Shown: positions 37,196 to 50,470 of the stretch, one piece after another
How the letters are laid out: every line of letters begins with the position of its first letter
How positions within the stretch are numbered: the first letter of the stretch is position 1
Assembly: GCF_018350175.1 (NCBI RefSeq)
Contig: NC_058368.1
Location: 8,928,001 to 8,992,000, forward strand
Reading direction: 5' to 3'
DNA length: 64,000 nucleotides
Source: Felis catus
Taxonomy: Eukaryota
Notes under the pieces: generated by a model
What the model was told of the DNA's origin: nothing
Seen by the model: the letters and a program-made list of their open reading frames with translations, nothing else
The model's database searches: none
Program-made: the position numbers and the translations under genes

Positions 37196-39520
37196 CCCTT
37201 ATGGGCTGCCCAATCAAGTGAACACAGCACCAAGCTGGGTATATGCTCACATCGCACAAGGTCCTCTCCTGCTTCTTTGGGCATGATGAAGCAGCCTAAA
37301 GGGGATCCCCACTCTGCTCCCATTCTCCTGTCGCGGTATACAAGCAGTTAATGCTCAAGCTGGAAGTCCGGAAGAAAAGCATGCCATACGTTAATCCAGG
37401 CTGAACTCATCAGGATTAATGGGGTTGGAATGCATAGCAAATAAACTCATTATAACTGCTTTTCTTTAATCCAAGAATGTTCCAACCGATCATTCTACTC
37501 CTACAGATCTGGCGACTCGCTTTTTACCAAGGAAGGAGAACGCTACATACACTTCAGACCTTAAGGATTCAATTTCACTTGTGTCATAAACACAGCAAGC
37601 AACATTTCAACACCACCCCTGACAAGCTTCACTGAAAGGGTGTGGCTATGACACCATGTGGCTCTGGGTAACGGGGGGCACCTGGCACACTGACGGGAAA
37701 TATGTACGTAAAATAACATGGAAACACCAGCAAACATACTTCCACTGAGTAATTTACACATCAAAGGGAATCAGGTCTTTTCATTAAGTACACTGATGAA
37801 CCACTAAAAATGCTTTCCCACTTATGTGACACAACCCCCAGCTCTTTGGCAACTTAAGTACCTGCTTTGCCTGTGAATGTGATTTTATTCCATTCATTCC
37901 ACAAATGTCTTGGGTGCTAGATACAGTTTCAGAAACCAGAGAGGCGGCAGTGACCTTTATTGGACCAAAATCTCTGACTTCTTAAAGTCTATCACTGGAA
38001 ATACCTCTTTGAAAACTGAGGATGGACGAAATATTCACTGGAGGAAGAACGCTTCCGGTTTCCTAAGCAACTGCATGAAATTACCAGAAGTAAGATGAGC
38101 CCCAACTACACACCGGAAGGTCAGATGTTATGGTTACTGTAAGGAACAAAGCTACAGACAGCACAGTTCAAGGCGATCGGGGGATTTCTGTTAAGTCCAC
38201 AGACTCTCGCCGAGAACGCTGGCAATAATGGAGCTCCTCTGGGAAGGCCCAGCGACCTATGGGACGCCCGAGGCAGTTCCCCAGTGGATGTGTGGGCTGT
38301 CAGAATCCTGAAAGGGGAGCATCTGTGGTTGAAAAAAGCAAATCATAATTAATTGTTTTCTTTGGCATGAATAGTTTTCAAATTTCAGCGTAAGATTTCT
38401 GTCGGTTAAAAGGGAGCACAGGCTAAGAGGCTGAGTAGTTAAACAGAAACCACTTTTCTGCTCCAGGAAAGATGGGGAGGATGGAACCAAAGCCCCAAGT
38501 ACAGGAAGGAGCCTGCAGTGTCCCCAGAACCAGCAGGGCAGGCTTCCAGGCATCACCAAAGGATCCAGAACTGAGCTCAGAGGCTCTCATACTTTCGTCT
38601 CCTGGTCCCTGGGGAGCCTGCTGCGTGGGCACTGTAGGAACCGCATCAAGAACAGTCCGGACTGTCCCAGCTGCACCTGCAACCCGCTGAGAGAACCACA
38701 GGAATATGGGAGTGATCCCTTCTCTCCTTCGGCCTCCCAGCCTCAACCCGCACTTTAGATCTACCCAGAAATGATCAGACCCTTATTAACTGAAACAACA
38801 TACCCTCAAGGGGCAGATCTGGAGGGTACCAGCATCCAAAATACTATGTTCTCCTATGTTTCCACTGGACCCACACTTCCTGACTTCCACAGCTCCACGG
38901 GAGCACAACACACACTGGCTTACCAGCTCCTCAACGGTAGGGGGGTGTCTTCTACCCGTGACCATGGGCTTTACAGCTGCTACTCAGCAGCTCCCCAGGA
39001 AAACTCGCAGAATAGATTCCAGCGTCCATCTCAGAATGTGAGTGACTCACCTCTTCTTCCAATTTCCAACGTCCGTCCTAATCCCACCTGTATTTGGGAC
39101 CTATACCAATTTCTGTCTACTCCCTGAGACGGCAATAGCACTTAAGCATAAATGCTGTTCGAAAGACCGCACACTCTGGTTCTACAAAACTTACTGGGGG
39201 AAAAAATGACAAACTCTAAAGGAAACATGGTCAAGGAAGTAACAGCAAGACATTTATCCTACCCCCTATCCTTCGATAACGAAAATTACTCCAGCCATTC
39301 TGCACCAAGGAAAAGACCGCTGGGCTCACAATTTGATGACTCAACCTTCCTCTGAGACACAAAAGACTCCGGGAAAAGGCCACAAACCCCTTCTTTGCTC
39401 TGCGCTGCAATGGGCCAGTGAAGGGCGCTCTTCCCCATCGGCCCGTGTCTCCTGGTGATGCCAAGGGAAGAGGAGGGGTGGCAGGAGAAGCTGGCGGGGG
39501 CCAGTCAGAGGTCACAGGAT

Positions 39521-39701
39521 GCAGTTCTCAAGCAGGGGTGACTCTGCTCCCACCAAGGGGCATCAGGCAGTGCCTGGAGACATTTCCGGTGGCCACAGCG
39601 GAGGGAAGCAGGTGTTGCCATCTAGTGCTCAGAGGCCAGGACTGCTGCACGGACAGCCTTCCAACAGAGAGGCTCGGGAGCACTGGGGTGGAGAAAGCCT
39701 G
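39521..39701. mobile_element. MER20 (hAT-Charlie MITE)
   Basis: gttctcaagcaggggtgactctgctccc...ggcagtgcctggagacattt...ccatctagtgctcagaggccagg...gagaaagcctg. Confidence 0.8.
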
Positions 39702-42669
39702 CCTTATGTGTGAAACTGCAGACCGCAAAGTGTTCCATAGATTTTCTTTTTTAAGTGAACTGGTTTAATAATTCTATCAAAAAAAAACAAAAGCTACAAT
39801 GTCTGAAAACAAGCACATATTCACAAGAGAGCAAAACCTTGTCACCATATCCCTGGAGAACGCTCCAGGGTACCCAAACCAGAATTGAGAATAATTGCCT
39901 AAGAGGCAAGGAGACGACGGGAAAAAGTAAACGATTAAAAAACACCGTGTGGACTAAGACATGCTCCCGTTATTAATCTGAGTTCTCACTTCTGAGGGTG
40001 AATTGGTATCTTGTAGAAGGCTTGAGACCCTCGCCCTCTGATGACTCTGCCTGGAAGGTGAAGGTCAAACCTTGAAGGGCTGATGGGACGGCCAGGCAGG
40101 GTCCCTGTGAGGGAAAGGAGCCAACCAGCTAAGCCCCACCACGCTCACAAGGTCCCCCAGGGAGAATGCCTCATCCCCAGGTCACGGGGCAGGCACAGAA
40201 GCTCCGAACAGCAGTGACCAGGACAACAGAAAGAGCCCACGGCCACTTTACTAAAAAGTCCTCCTGTTACGCCAAACACACTGTTTCAGTGTCTGAGTGG
40301 GAAGGACATCTCCACCCTGTGGTTCCGAGAAAGCACAGAGATGAGGCAGCGTCCAGCCTATGAGGAAGGTCATTTCTCCCTCTCCCAGAAACGTTCTGCC
40401 CTCCAAGGAGCCATGGACATCTATTTTTTTAATGCCTGAGATTCAAAAAATGAAATCACGAGTTCTAAGAGTTGGAAGGGACCAATCCAACATCTGATGC
40501 AGAAATCCTCCCAGGCTGTCACAGGAAACACTGATCAGGCCAGGAAAGAGAGGGGAGAATGGGGGAGGGAGGAAGAGCCAGGCTACTGAAGGCAGGCATG
40601 AAGAAGTGACGCTCCAGGCAGCCACTCCCCCCACCCCCTTCCCAGTTGTCACCCACCAGCCTCTGAATTCTGCCTCTGAGTCTGGAGTAACAAACACGCA
40701 TCTGAAGCCAGCCATACCCCTCATAAGCAATAACAACGGTAAGAATGGCTAACGTTCATGTTAAACGTCTACCATGTGCCGACACCCCCGTGGAAGGCAC
40801 TGTATGTATGTGTACAACCTCGTCTAACACTCAAACCAGGCCTTGAAGTTTACACAGCTGTCACACCCCCTTCACTTAGGGCAAGCCAGCTGTGTAAAGT
40901 AGTTATAAAGCGGAGCCTTGGTTCAAACCTTGGCGCATCCGACTCTAAACCCACCTGGATGCTCCATTATGTTTAATGCTACTGAAACGCTACATGAGAT
41001 TATAATAGGTCCCCCAGGGCAATGGGCCATAACGTAATTACAGCAAAACTTTAATTAGACATGAGGAGGATCCCCCGCTTAACAGTGACATGCAAAGGAA
41101 TGAGGACACAGAGGTTTTCAAGGAGACAGACTTTGGTTTCAATCTCTGCTCAAATGCTGACCAGGTGAGTGAGTTGGGGCAAATCATTCTGAATCTTAGT
41201 TTCCTCACTTCTCCAAAGAGGAAACTACTGTGAGGCTCATGCAATTGTTTAAAAACAACAATAAACATATTTATCCACATAAATGTATCATGCACTTTTG
41301 AAAGTAAATACATTCTTGGGAGACTGTCTCTGAGTAAGTGACATATTTCAGAAATACTTCCTCTTCATTTCATACTGTTCTTCAAATGCACTGGTTCCTA
41401 CGTGGCATTTTGAAATTTCTCTGCCAAACAGCTAATGAGCTACACAAATAGATAAATGCAGCCAGGGGGAGCTGCTATTTTAAGAAATTCTCCAGTTCAA
41501 GTGAACAATTGTTTGATGTGTGAATAATCGGCTCTTAATTACATGGTTTGTCAATATTTTAAAAGAATCATCTCGTTAACAAGCTGAGGGGGTAGGCTGT
41601 GGCACCTACCCTGACTTTGGTCATTCGATATTTCTGTCTGCCAGTAACTGAACCTTAAGAGTTTAAAAAAATAGTCTTTGCCAGTGAGCAAGTGACGTAT
41701 TATTAAAAAAAAAAAAAAAAGAGGTGAAACATATGAATACAATACAAACATTACAGGGCATTCTCCAAATAGGCAGCAGAGAAAGGAGGCATGGGGGAAT
41801 TTCGGAGCAACAGACCCAGGATGGAGTGGTGCGGGGAGGCAGCGGACAAGGTGAAGGCGTGACAAGGCTGAGGGAAGAAGGCAGGCACTCCTCAGACAGG
41901 GGGTGAGCAACATGCAAGCTGAGTGAGTCATGGACGAGCACAAGGGGGTCCCGAGAGAGCAAGGGGGCAGGCCTGCCAGGGCATGGGCAGAAGGATGTCG
42001 GGGCTCTACTGTCCACGGCCTACACAAACCTTCTCCAAGATCTCTTCTAGTTCTATGATGGATCCCCGGAAACACACATACGCATATATTTTGGCCCTAC
42101 ATTGGTACACTCTCTTGAGACTCGGTGAATAGAACTCGTGATCGCTTACGTTCAGGATTCCCTGAGGCCACCTGTCAGAGCCCAGGTAGATCTGTTGATC
42201 CACTAGGAAAATAAGCCTCTTGTACTCCTGCCGTGTGCCCTGGAGAGGTACCTGGGAGGCACCCCAAGAATGCAGGCAGCAGCCCACCTCTCTAGCCCCC
42301 TACTCCCAGTTCTTGGGCAGCTTCTTCAAGTTACACACCCCCTCCCCGCTGCTGGTCTTAACCAACATTGTTTAAAGCGGTAGCATCCATGCAGAGACAG
42401 ACCCTACGGTTTGGGGCCAAGGACCCTTCACCCATTCTAGCTCTCAAAAGGAACAGTGACTAGGCTTTTTACTAATCTGTCCCCCTCCCTTTGCCAAATC
42501 AAAGTTAAAGTTACTTCTCTTCGGGGAGCCAAGAAATGGTGTTGCTTGTTTCCTAAAAACCTAGGAGGAGGAATGTGGCGATGGCCGCACAGCATTGTGA
42601 ATGTACTTAATGCCACTGAAACGTACGATAAAAAAATATTCATAATTTTTTTAAAACCAAGAAAATTCC

Positions 42670-43220
42670 TCAAAAAACAACATACTTACCATATGACCTG
42701 GCAACTCACCCCTAGATCTATAACCAAGATAAATGTGTACACAAATGTTCACAGCAGCATGACTGAGAATAGCCCCAAAATGCTTAAACAACCAAAATGC
42801 CCATCAAATGATGAATAAACAGAACACAGAATATCTATACAATGGAATATTATTCAGCCCTTAGAAGGAGTGAAGCACTGACACCAGCCACCACATGGAT
42901 GAACCTTGAAAACACCATGCTAAGGGAAAGAAACCAGGCACAAGAGGCCACGTATTGTGCTCTTCCATTTATATGAAAGGTCTCAGATAAAGGCAGAAAG
43001 TGTATTACTGGTTGCCTAGGGCTGGGGTAAGGATGGAGGAGGGAATGCGGAGTCACTGTTACTGCATATGGGTTTCTGTGTAGGGGTGAATAAAATGTTC
43101 TGCGATTGTGCTAATGGTTGCTTAACTCTTTGGATATAATCAAAACCACGGAATTTATACTTTAAATGGATTAACTTTATGGTATTAAAGTATATTCAAT
43201 AAAGCCGTTAAAAAATAATA
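42670..43220 (+). mobile_element. L1MB-type LINE 3' end relic (with a short extra fragment at about 42570-42640)
   Basis: acaaatgttcacagcagc...caaccaaaatgcccatcaa...caatggaatattattcagcc...acatggatgaaccttgaaaacaccatgctaag...tcaataaagccgttaaaaaa. Confidence 0.88.
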
Positions 43221-44730
43221 AAAGCTAAGAAGAGCCCAATCCGCCAGAGACCGCAGCGCGGTTTTCTATTAACGGCACTTGGGCCGATTCCAGGACTTTC
43301 ACACAAGTTCTGTGCAACAGCAGCATGTTCTCCGTGTACTTTAATTCCGCTTCAAGTCAAAATTCTCCCCCCGCCCCGGAAATCAATAATTGTAGCTCCG
43401 GTTGCAGTTGTGAGAGGAGCTCCACCTCCTTGCACAAGCCACTTATTATATGTAACAGTCATTTTGCTTTGAGCGTTTCACCAAGGTGAAAGCGACTCCT
43501 ATTTAATACACCCTCCCTGCAAGCTCTGGGTCTTTTCTTGTTCTGTTCCACTGCAAACATAAGTTCCAGGTTTAACGCACAGCAAAGATCCCTCATGGTG
43601 ACAGGGCACCGAATAATAAAGCTGAGGAAGAGCGCAGCATTTGTTGGTTTAAATGACACACTTAAAGCTTTTAACTCAAGATACAGGAGACAGGAAATGC
43701 CTCTCTGTGCGCAGGATCTCAAGAAAATAGGAAGGCTTTAATAGGTAATCAGAAGTAAAAGATCATCAGGCGGTAAAAAATTAAGAAGGTCTCTTGGCAC
43801 TAGCAAAGAATTTCCAGAGATCATCAAGGTGCACTCCCAGGACAGAGAAGTCACCAGTGAGGCAGGGAGAAGACATGCCCAACTTGGGGAGCTGGAAGGA
43901 AAACTGCCTGGGAAACAAATTTCGGGATACTTTCTGCACTGAAGGTTCGGAATGCTCGCGAGGCTTGGTGGCAGCCTTTTGTCTGCCCAGGCACACCTGA
44001 CAGGTGAGTTCATGCTACTCTCCGGGGCATTTACAAGCCCTGGGTACACAACTCCCTGCAGGCAGGTGTCAGCCCGCCCCTACCCTCCCACGGATGTGTC
44101 CCCAGCCCTACGGCAGCGCTGAAGAAGCGTATGAAGACAAATGAGCCTTGCATGTGGCCAGGAGGCGGCCCACATCCAGGAGAGAAGAGCCTGCCTGCGC
44201 CAGCCCAGTGATTACCAGAAGGAATTAAGCAAGCACTTGCAAGCCTCGGCCTCTGAATTTCTGTACTTTGATAGACTTAATTTGTTCTCCTGGGGCTAAA
44301 TAGCTGGCTGTGTCGCTGCAGTCCTACACAGGAGCACAGTTAGGGAAACCTAATGTGCAGGGAATGATTTATGACTCCACGGGGCTCCCACCCAGGAAAC
44401 CGTTCTCCCCAGGAGAAGCGGGGGCCAGGCAGACGGGTCACCAGACACACCTGCCATGTTATCAGTTGGGACTCCACTTAAAAATGGCTCTGTTCTCTTT
44501 CCTCCCACAAACTTAGACAAAAGTTCTTGAGGCACTTCTTGAAAACATTTTCATCTGTGTAAGATGGTCCCCAAATAAGACACCATCAAGGAATGCCAGT
44601 GCTGGGAAAGAGTCACAGGACCATCTAATACATCCAAACCAGTCTATTCTCACACCTGCTTTGGGAGTTTTTGCTGTATCTTTGTAGCATGCATATTGTT
44701 ACTTATAACATTGTTTGTTAAAGGAATCCA

Positions 44731-44946
44731 GGGGCGCCTGGGTGGCTCAGTCGGTTGAGTGTCCGACTTCGGCTCAAGTCTCGATCTCACGGTCCGTGAG
44801 TTCAAACCCCACACCAGACTCTGTGCTGACGGCTCAGAGCCTGGAGCCTGTTTCCGATTCTGTGTCTCCCTCTCTCTCTGCCCCTCCCCCGTTCATGCTC
44901 TGTCTCTCTCTGTCTCAAAAATAAGTAAACGTTAAAAAAAATTTTT
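44731..44946 (+). mobile_element. Feline Can-SINE
   Basis: Full length. Perfect 13-bp TSD ttaaaggaatcca (44718-44730 / 44947-44959). Confidence 0.96.
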
Positions 44947-46959
44947 TTAAAGGAATCCACCTCTTTATAAATCAAATATTATTTTGTAGAAAGCTTTGTA
45001 TTACTCCCAAATGGAATACCACCAAAAATGATCTGAACTCAAACATTAAACTCAGCTCCATTACCCAATGACAAGTGCCATCTGTTTCCTGCAGGGCCCC
45101 TGATGGCTACAGCCGTACAGGTAGTGAGCTCTGGACACATCAGGTCTCTAGTTTTTCTAATCTATGTTACCATTTAACATACCTATCAATATAAAAATGT
45201 CTGTGCACTCCCTAAAATTGCTCACAGGGCACATACATGCTGCACTTCGAAAAACAGCGGCCCAAATCTATGACTTGGCAAACTACGGCACTTGGCCCAC
45301 TTTTGTATCAATCCCAAATTAAAAGTGGTTTTCACTGGTAAGTCTGTCATTCTCTCCCCCACCCCTCTCTTTTTAAGGAGGAGGAAGAAGAAGAGGAAGA
45401 GAAAGATTATTATTCAAAATACCACATCTGAATGACTTAGAAGCACCTGCATGCGGGTCTTCAGGATTCTATATAACTGAAGGAATCTTACCAAAGAAGC
45501 CAGGAGTGTAAACCCTTTCAAAATGGGCCTCTGTCCGATCACTTCAACTGTATTTTAAGAACTGAGCCTGCACAGCTGACCTAAATGGGTCTCTGTCCTC
45601 CAGTGCCTGAATCACTTCCTCTTCTGTTTGTCCCAGAGCCACCCTCCACCCTCCTCCACCACACCCTGGGAGCCCACCTGGGTGCACCCTGAGCTCTCTG
45701 GGGCCAGCAGGAGGCGGGCGGCTCTGTGATGGAACATTCCCCCCCACACAGCCAGCTGTGCTCACCAAACCCTCTCCTGCCCCTCCAAGCCTAGGGTGCT
45801 GGGCCACTCAGGGCCCCCTCACAATCCCAGGCCACTAAAACCGTCGGACCACCCCTAACCCTGGCCTTGCCTTTGTAAACAGTGGCTTTACTACACTCGC
45901 TGCCAATTACCCAGCTTGAGATGGCCATCTGCTCCCTGCAGGAGCCCTGATGACGCCAGCCTTACGGGCAGTGAACTCCGGGCGACTGCAGCTGCTTCTG
46001 CCACCTCGGGAATGTGGGCATCCAGGCCTACTCCGAGCACAATGCCTCTGTTCTAGAACTGCACAGCTGGACGGAGTCACGGACCACCTGCGGATTCACC
46101 CTCCTCCTTCAAAGCGAGCTGGACCCGAGCTGTCCAAGACCTTGCGTGATCTCAAAAATGCCCAGAGAGATTCTAGTGATTAGTTACAACAACACGCTGC
46201 ATTACAAAAAGGCTTTTTTCTTTAAAGTCTTCAACTTAATTTAATAAAATCTGAGCAGCTGCTATGTCACAGACACTGTCCTCGGCGTTTCACACACACA
46301 GAAGATCAACAATCAATCCTCATGTTATAAATGAGAAAACTGAGCCTCAAAGGGAGTCTGTGGTACTTACCAGAGCTCTAAGTGGCTGATGTGAGAGTCG
46401 TCCCCACCTTCTTCGCTCAGCCAGGCCCCGACCTAAACCCACCTCTTGGCTGGCCAGCAATCCCCTCCCTGCCCCCCTTACCATCCCTGCCCACACCAGG
46501 AAACACAGCAAGGCCACCCTCCAGTCTATCCGCAGCCAGCCCAGTCACATTACACAAATCAGGTTACAAGAAAGACAAGGTCAGGACCAGGGTCAGCAAG
46601 TTTTCTGACCTAACAGGGAAGCTCCCTCACAGCCCCATATACACAATCACATTCCCTGGGCCAGCCAACAGGTGAAAATATCTGGTACCTCCAACCTGAG
46701 TGTGAATCCCTAGGCAGGTGCCTTCACAATGTCTCTGTGGTATAAAATGAAATGGCTGCCGTGTGCAGTGGTCCCTCTCCGGAACATTCTCTGCCCACAA
46801 ACTGGGCTTGGAAGACAATGCCAGGACTCTGTGCACCTGGGAGGGAAGGCCTGGCAACTCCCATCAAGCTACGTTACTGACTTTAAGTCACACCGAGTGG
46901 AAGGTAATTTTCCTATGTCCGATTTTATATCTGCTCACCGATCTGAGGAATCAGAAGGC

Positions 46960-47325
46960 CTGTCTGGCCCTAGCTGCGTGATCTTGGGCAAGTCACTTGA
47001 CTTCTCTGTTTCAGTCTTATCACCTGAAAACTGGGATAAGGATACTACTTACCTCACCTACACCTCACCCCATCGCTGCCTCTTCTCTACTGTGAAAAAT
47101 CGAGGAAGACAGAGGCAAGATAGAAATGAAAATCTCAGATGAAACTGGATTCAAAATTTGGTAGGCAAGTAACTTCTCTGAGCTTCCTTCCTCCCCTCTG
47201 CAAGATGAAGAGAATAGTAATAATAGCTACTTCAGAATTTGAGGAGGCCCAAATGAATTAAAACGTACAATGCACACAAGAGCACCTGGCACATAGTAAG
47301 TGCTGTATCTTTGCTATTATTATGA
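46960..47325 (+). mobile_element. MIR fragments
   Basis: tagctgcgtgatcttgggcaagtcacttgacttctctgtttcagt... and cacctggcacatagtaagtgct...gctattatt. Confidence 0.7.
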
Positions 47326-47461
47326 GTTCCTTAATTTACAAGAGGTCTCATTAAGAGCCAACTCGTGAAGCGATGTGAAGATTAAGTACTCAGAATAACT
47401 GTGCATTTATTATATGAAGGCATTTGGTAATTGACAAAGCACTATTCAAATATATAGGTAA

Positions 47462-47665
47462 GGGGTGCCTGGGTGGCTCAGTCGGTTAAGCGTCCGACTC
47501 ACAGTCCGTGAGTTCGAGCCCCGCATCGGGCTCTGTGCGGACAGCTTGGAGCCTGGAGCCTGCTTCGGATTCTGTGTCCCCCTCTCTCTCTGCCCCTCCC
47601 CTGCTCATGCTCTGTCTCTCTCTGTCTCAAAAATAAATAAAAACATTTTTAAAAATTAAAAAACA
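47462..47665 (+). mobile_element. Feline Can-SINE with a deletion of about 20 bp in the tRNA region
   Basis: cgtccgactcacagtccgtg lacks the ttcggctcaggtcatgatct segment present in sibling copies. Degenerate TSD aaa(t/c)atataggt. Confidence 0.93.
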
Positions 47666-47808
47666 AAAACATATAGGTTAAAACATGCAAATAAGTTGAC
47701 AGTCTGATTTATTTCTATCTACCCTCTAATTCAGATGCTAAAAGACTCCAGAGCTATTGCTTAGAAATATGTAAATTGGCTTAAAACTACTAAAAATATA
47801 AATATATT

Positions 47809-48020
47809 GGGGCACTGGGTGGCTTAGTCGGTTGAGCGTCCGACTTCGGCTCAGGTCATGATTTCACAGTCTGTGAGTTCGAGCCCCGTTTCGGGCTCTG
47901 TGCTGACAGCTCAGAGCCTGGAGCCTGTTTCAGATTCTGTGTCTCCCACTCTCTCTGACCCTCCCCTGTTAATGCTCTGTTTCTCTCGGTCTCAAAAATA
48001 AAACATTAAAAAAATTCTTT
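47809..48020 (+). mobile_element. Feline Can-SINE followed by a (TA)n tract (about 48028-48068)
   Basis: ggggcactgggtggcttagtcggttgagcgtccgacttcggctcagg...caaaaataaaacattaaaaaaa. Confidence 0.93.
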
Positions 48021-50236
48021 TAAATATTTATATATAAATATATTAATTATATATATATATATATATATGAACAACATAATTAACAATGACTGGGTCTTTA
48101 GCCACTCGCTTTTATTTTAAAATACTTCAATATCCCGGTTTCTGCAGCACTAAGACCGAAGTTCTCTGCAGCGTGTGTGTTGGGGGCTGGCAGTGACCGT
48201 AGCCGTTGTAGATCGCAGTTGTGTCATTGAGGTGCCAGGAAATGCTCAGTGAGTGCCCCTCGAGGAGTGAGCAGGTCACATGCTTCAGGCCGTGTGTCAC
48301 TCCCCCTGGACAACGCCACACCAGCCAGAGACCTTTTCGCCGGTTTGGCTCTTGGGCCAAACCTGGAAGTTTTCGCCTCCATTTAGAAAAACAAAATGTT
48401 TTCCTCCACCTGCTCTACCACAGGGGCGGCTCCTGTGACTTCTTCCACTCTGAACTCAGGCGGGAAAGAATGCCCAGTCAAGAGGCCACTTTCCTCCTTC
48501 CAGGAGGTCTGGACACTCACAAAGCCCAGTTATTTGTTTTGCCAAACTGTGTATACATTGAATGGAAATGTTTGTTTTCCATGTCCCACTTTACGTCTCT
48601 AAAGACAAATGATTAAAGAATATTTCAGGGACGCTTTTTTTTTGCTCATCCCCTCCAACCTGGTTGTATCAAGCAGCCTCGCTTCCTGCCTTTTAACTCA
48701 CATTCTGTCGGCACATCATCCACTCTTCTTTGTTGACCTTTACGTGTACAATGTTGCTTCAAAACCCTTCTTCAAAGGAAAGGTCAAAGTGAAATGTCAC
48801 CGGGAAGGATGCCAGGTGGCCAGAGGCCAGGCGGGCACCGGCTCCCGGCGCTGAGGTTACCTGTGGGGTGTGCAACAAGGTGCCAAAGGCAGGTAAAGAG
48901 GCACCACAGCTGGACCACCTCATCTAACGCCCCAGAAAGCCCTGTCCTCCAGCCCTGGCCCCCGGCCCTCAGGGCAGAGTAGGACCCTTCATCCAAGAGG
49001 CACTTCCTGAGCGTTCCATCACACGTACACTCTGTTAGGAACGGCACGGTACAGAGAAAGCTACGGGGTCCCTGCCCTAGGGGGGCCTGTAACTTAACAG
49101 GGAAGAAAGGACATATGAGAAAGCGTAGAGAGAGAACACGAAGGTGGACTTCAGAAGGACAGAAGGTTGGGGAGCTGAAAGCCACCACTATGGAGGGGAC
49201 TGCCAAAGGAGAGTGGGACTAGAAAGGAAGATGCAGGTGGGGGGGGGGGGGGGAGGAAGGAAGGGCCAACGGGATGCAATGAAACACTGAACACAGAGGC
49301 AGGAGGTGAGAGCAAGACAGAGTGAACTCTAAAACCGCAAGCCTGCTTGACAGGGAGACTGAGGATTCCTCGAGAAGCGATGTCAAGAAACAAAAGTGGG
49401 CAGCGAATCCCAAGTCTGGGTTTGGAAGCACCGAGGTGAGGTGAGATGAGGTGGCCCTGACAGTCTGAGTCTGCCACTCTCTCTCTGCTCTGGTTCATAA
49501 TATACTAAGGGGTTAGAAGCATATGAAGGAAGAGAATTAGCAACACAGTAGACCAAGGATACCATCTAGAAACAACTGACACGGACACACAGAATCCAAC
49601 TCAGTGAAAACTTCAACTCTGCAAACCATGATCTAGGAAAAGTCAGACACGGATGGAACGAGATGCACAGAACAAAGAGGGGCAGAAGCTAAACGGAGTG
49701 AAATCTGCTATAGATAAGGGCTGACGTGTGCAGAAAAACCTTTCCTGAAAATGGAAATGGAAAATAATTTACCCTGATGAGAATAATTTCTGAACACTGC
49801 AAAACTTAGGTGGCTTATCTGCGCTCCAAACAAACATAACTGACTTGAGCTGAAGCGCACTCAGGGAAAAATTTTCATCAAAATTTTACCTGGGATGATA
49901 CTGCTGATAAAACGTGTACACTCACAGAGTCAAAATAACCTCAGATCAAACCTGTGTGTCCATCAGAGCCCAGAGGCCTACCCGCAAACAGCTGGACGTG
50001 TGCAAGTCCGAAACGGAGGCCTCCCTGTGAGAGGTGAGTGTTGACAGGGAGAGGCCTTGTCCCTGGGAGACAAGGAGGGAGCATCACACTAGTGAATAGG
50101 AAAAGAGCAATTCCAGAAAGAGTTACGGACCCTCTAGGAGGAAGGAGTGCGACTCCATGCATCTCTCTGCCGGCCACACCATCACCTTGTGGCCAGAAGC
50201 CACAACACAGAGGAGGGTATTCATGCCAGCTTGGCA

Positions 50237-50470
50237 GAGAGTTACTAGATCAAACACAGGACATCCAGTTAAATCTGAATTTCATGCCAACAAAGAATAA
50301 TGCTTTAGTATAAGTATGTCCCAAATGTATCATAATTGTGTCCCAAATATGCCAACAAGTACTTTTTGCGGTTAAAAAAAATGTGATACTAAAAAAGTAG
50401 CCAGTGCTTATGTATAACCCAAATTTAACTGGGCGTCCAGTATTTTTATTTGCTAACTCCAGGAAGCCTA
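50237..50470. mobile_element. MER53 palindromic MITE, internally rearranged
   Basis: Inverted arms ggacatccagttaaat / atttaactgggcgtcc, plus core tttagtataagtatgtcccaaat. Confidence 0.85.
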
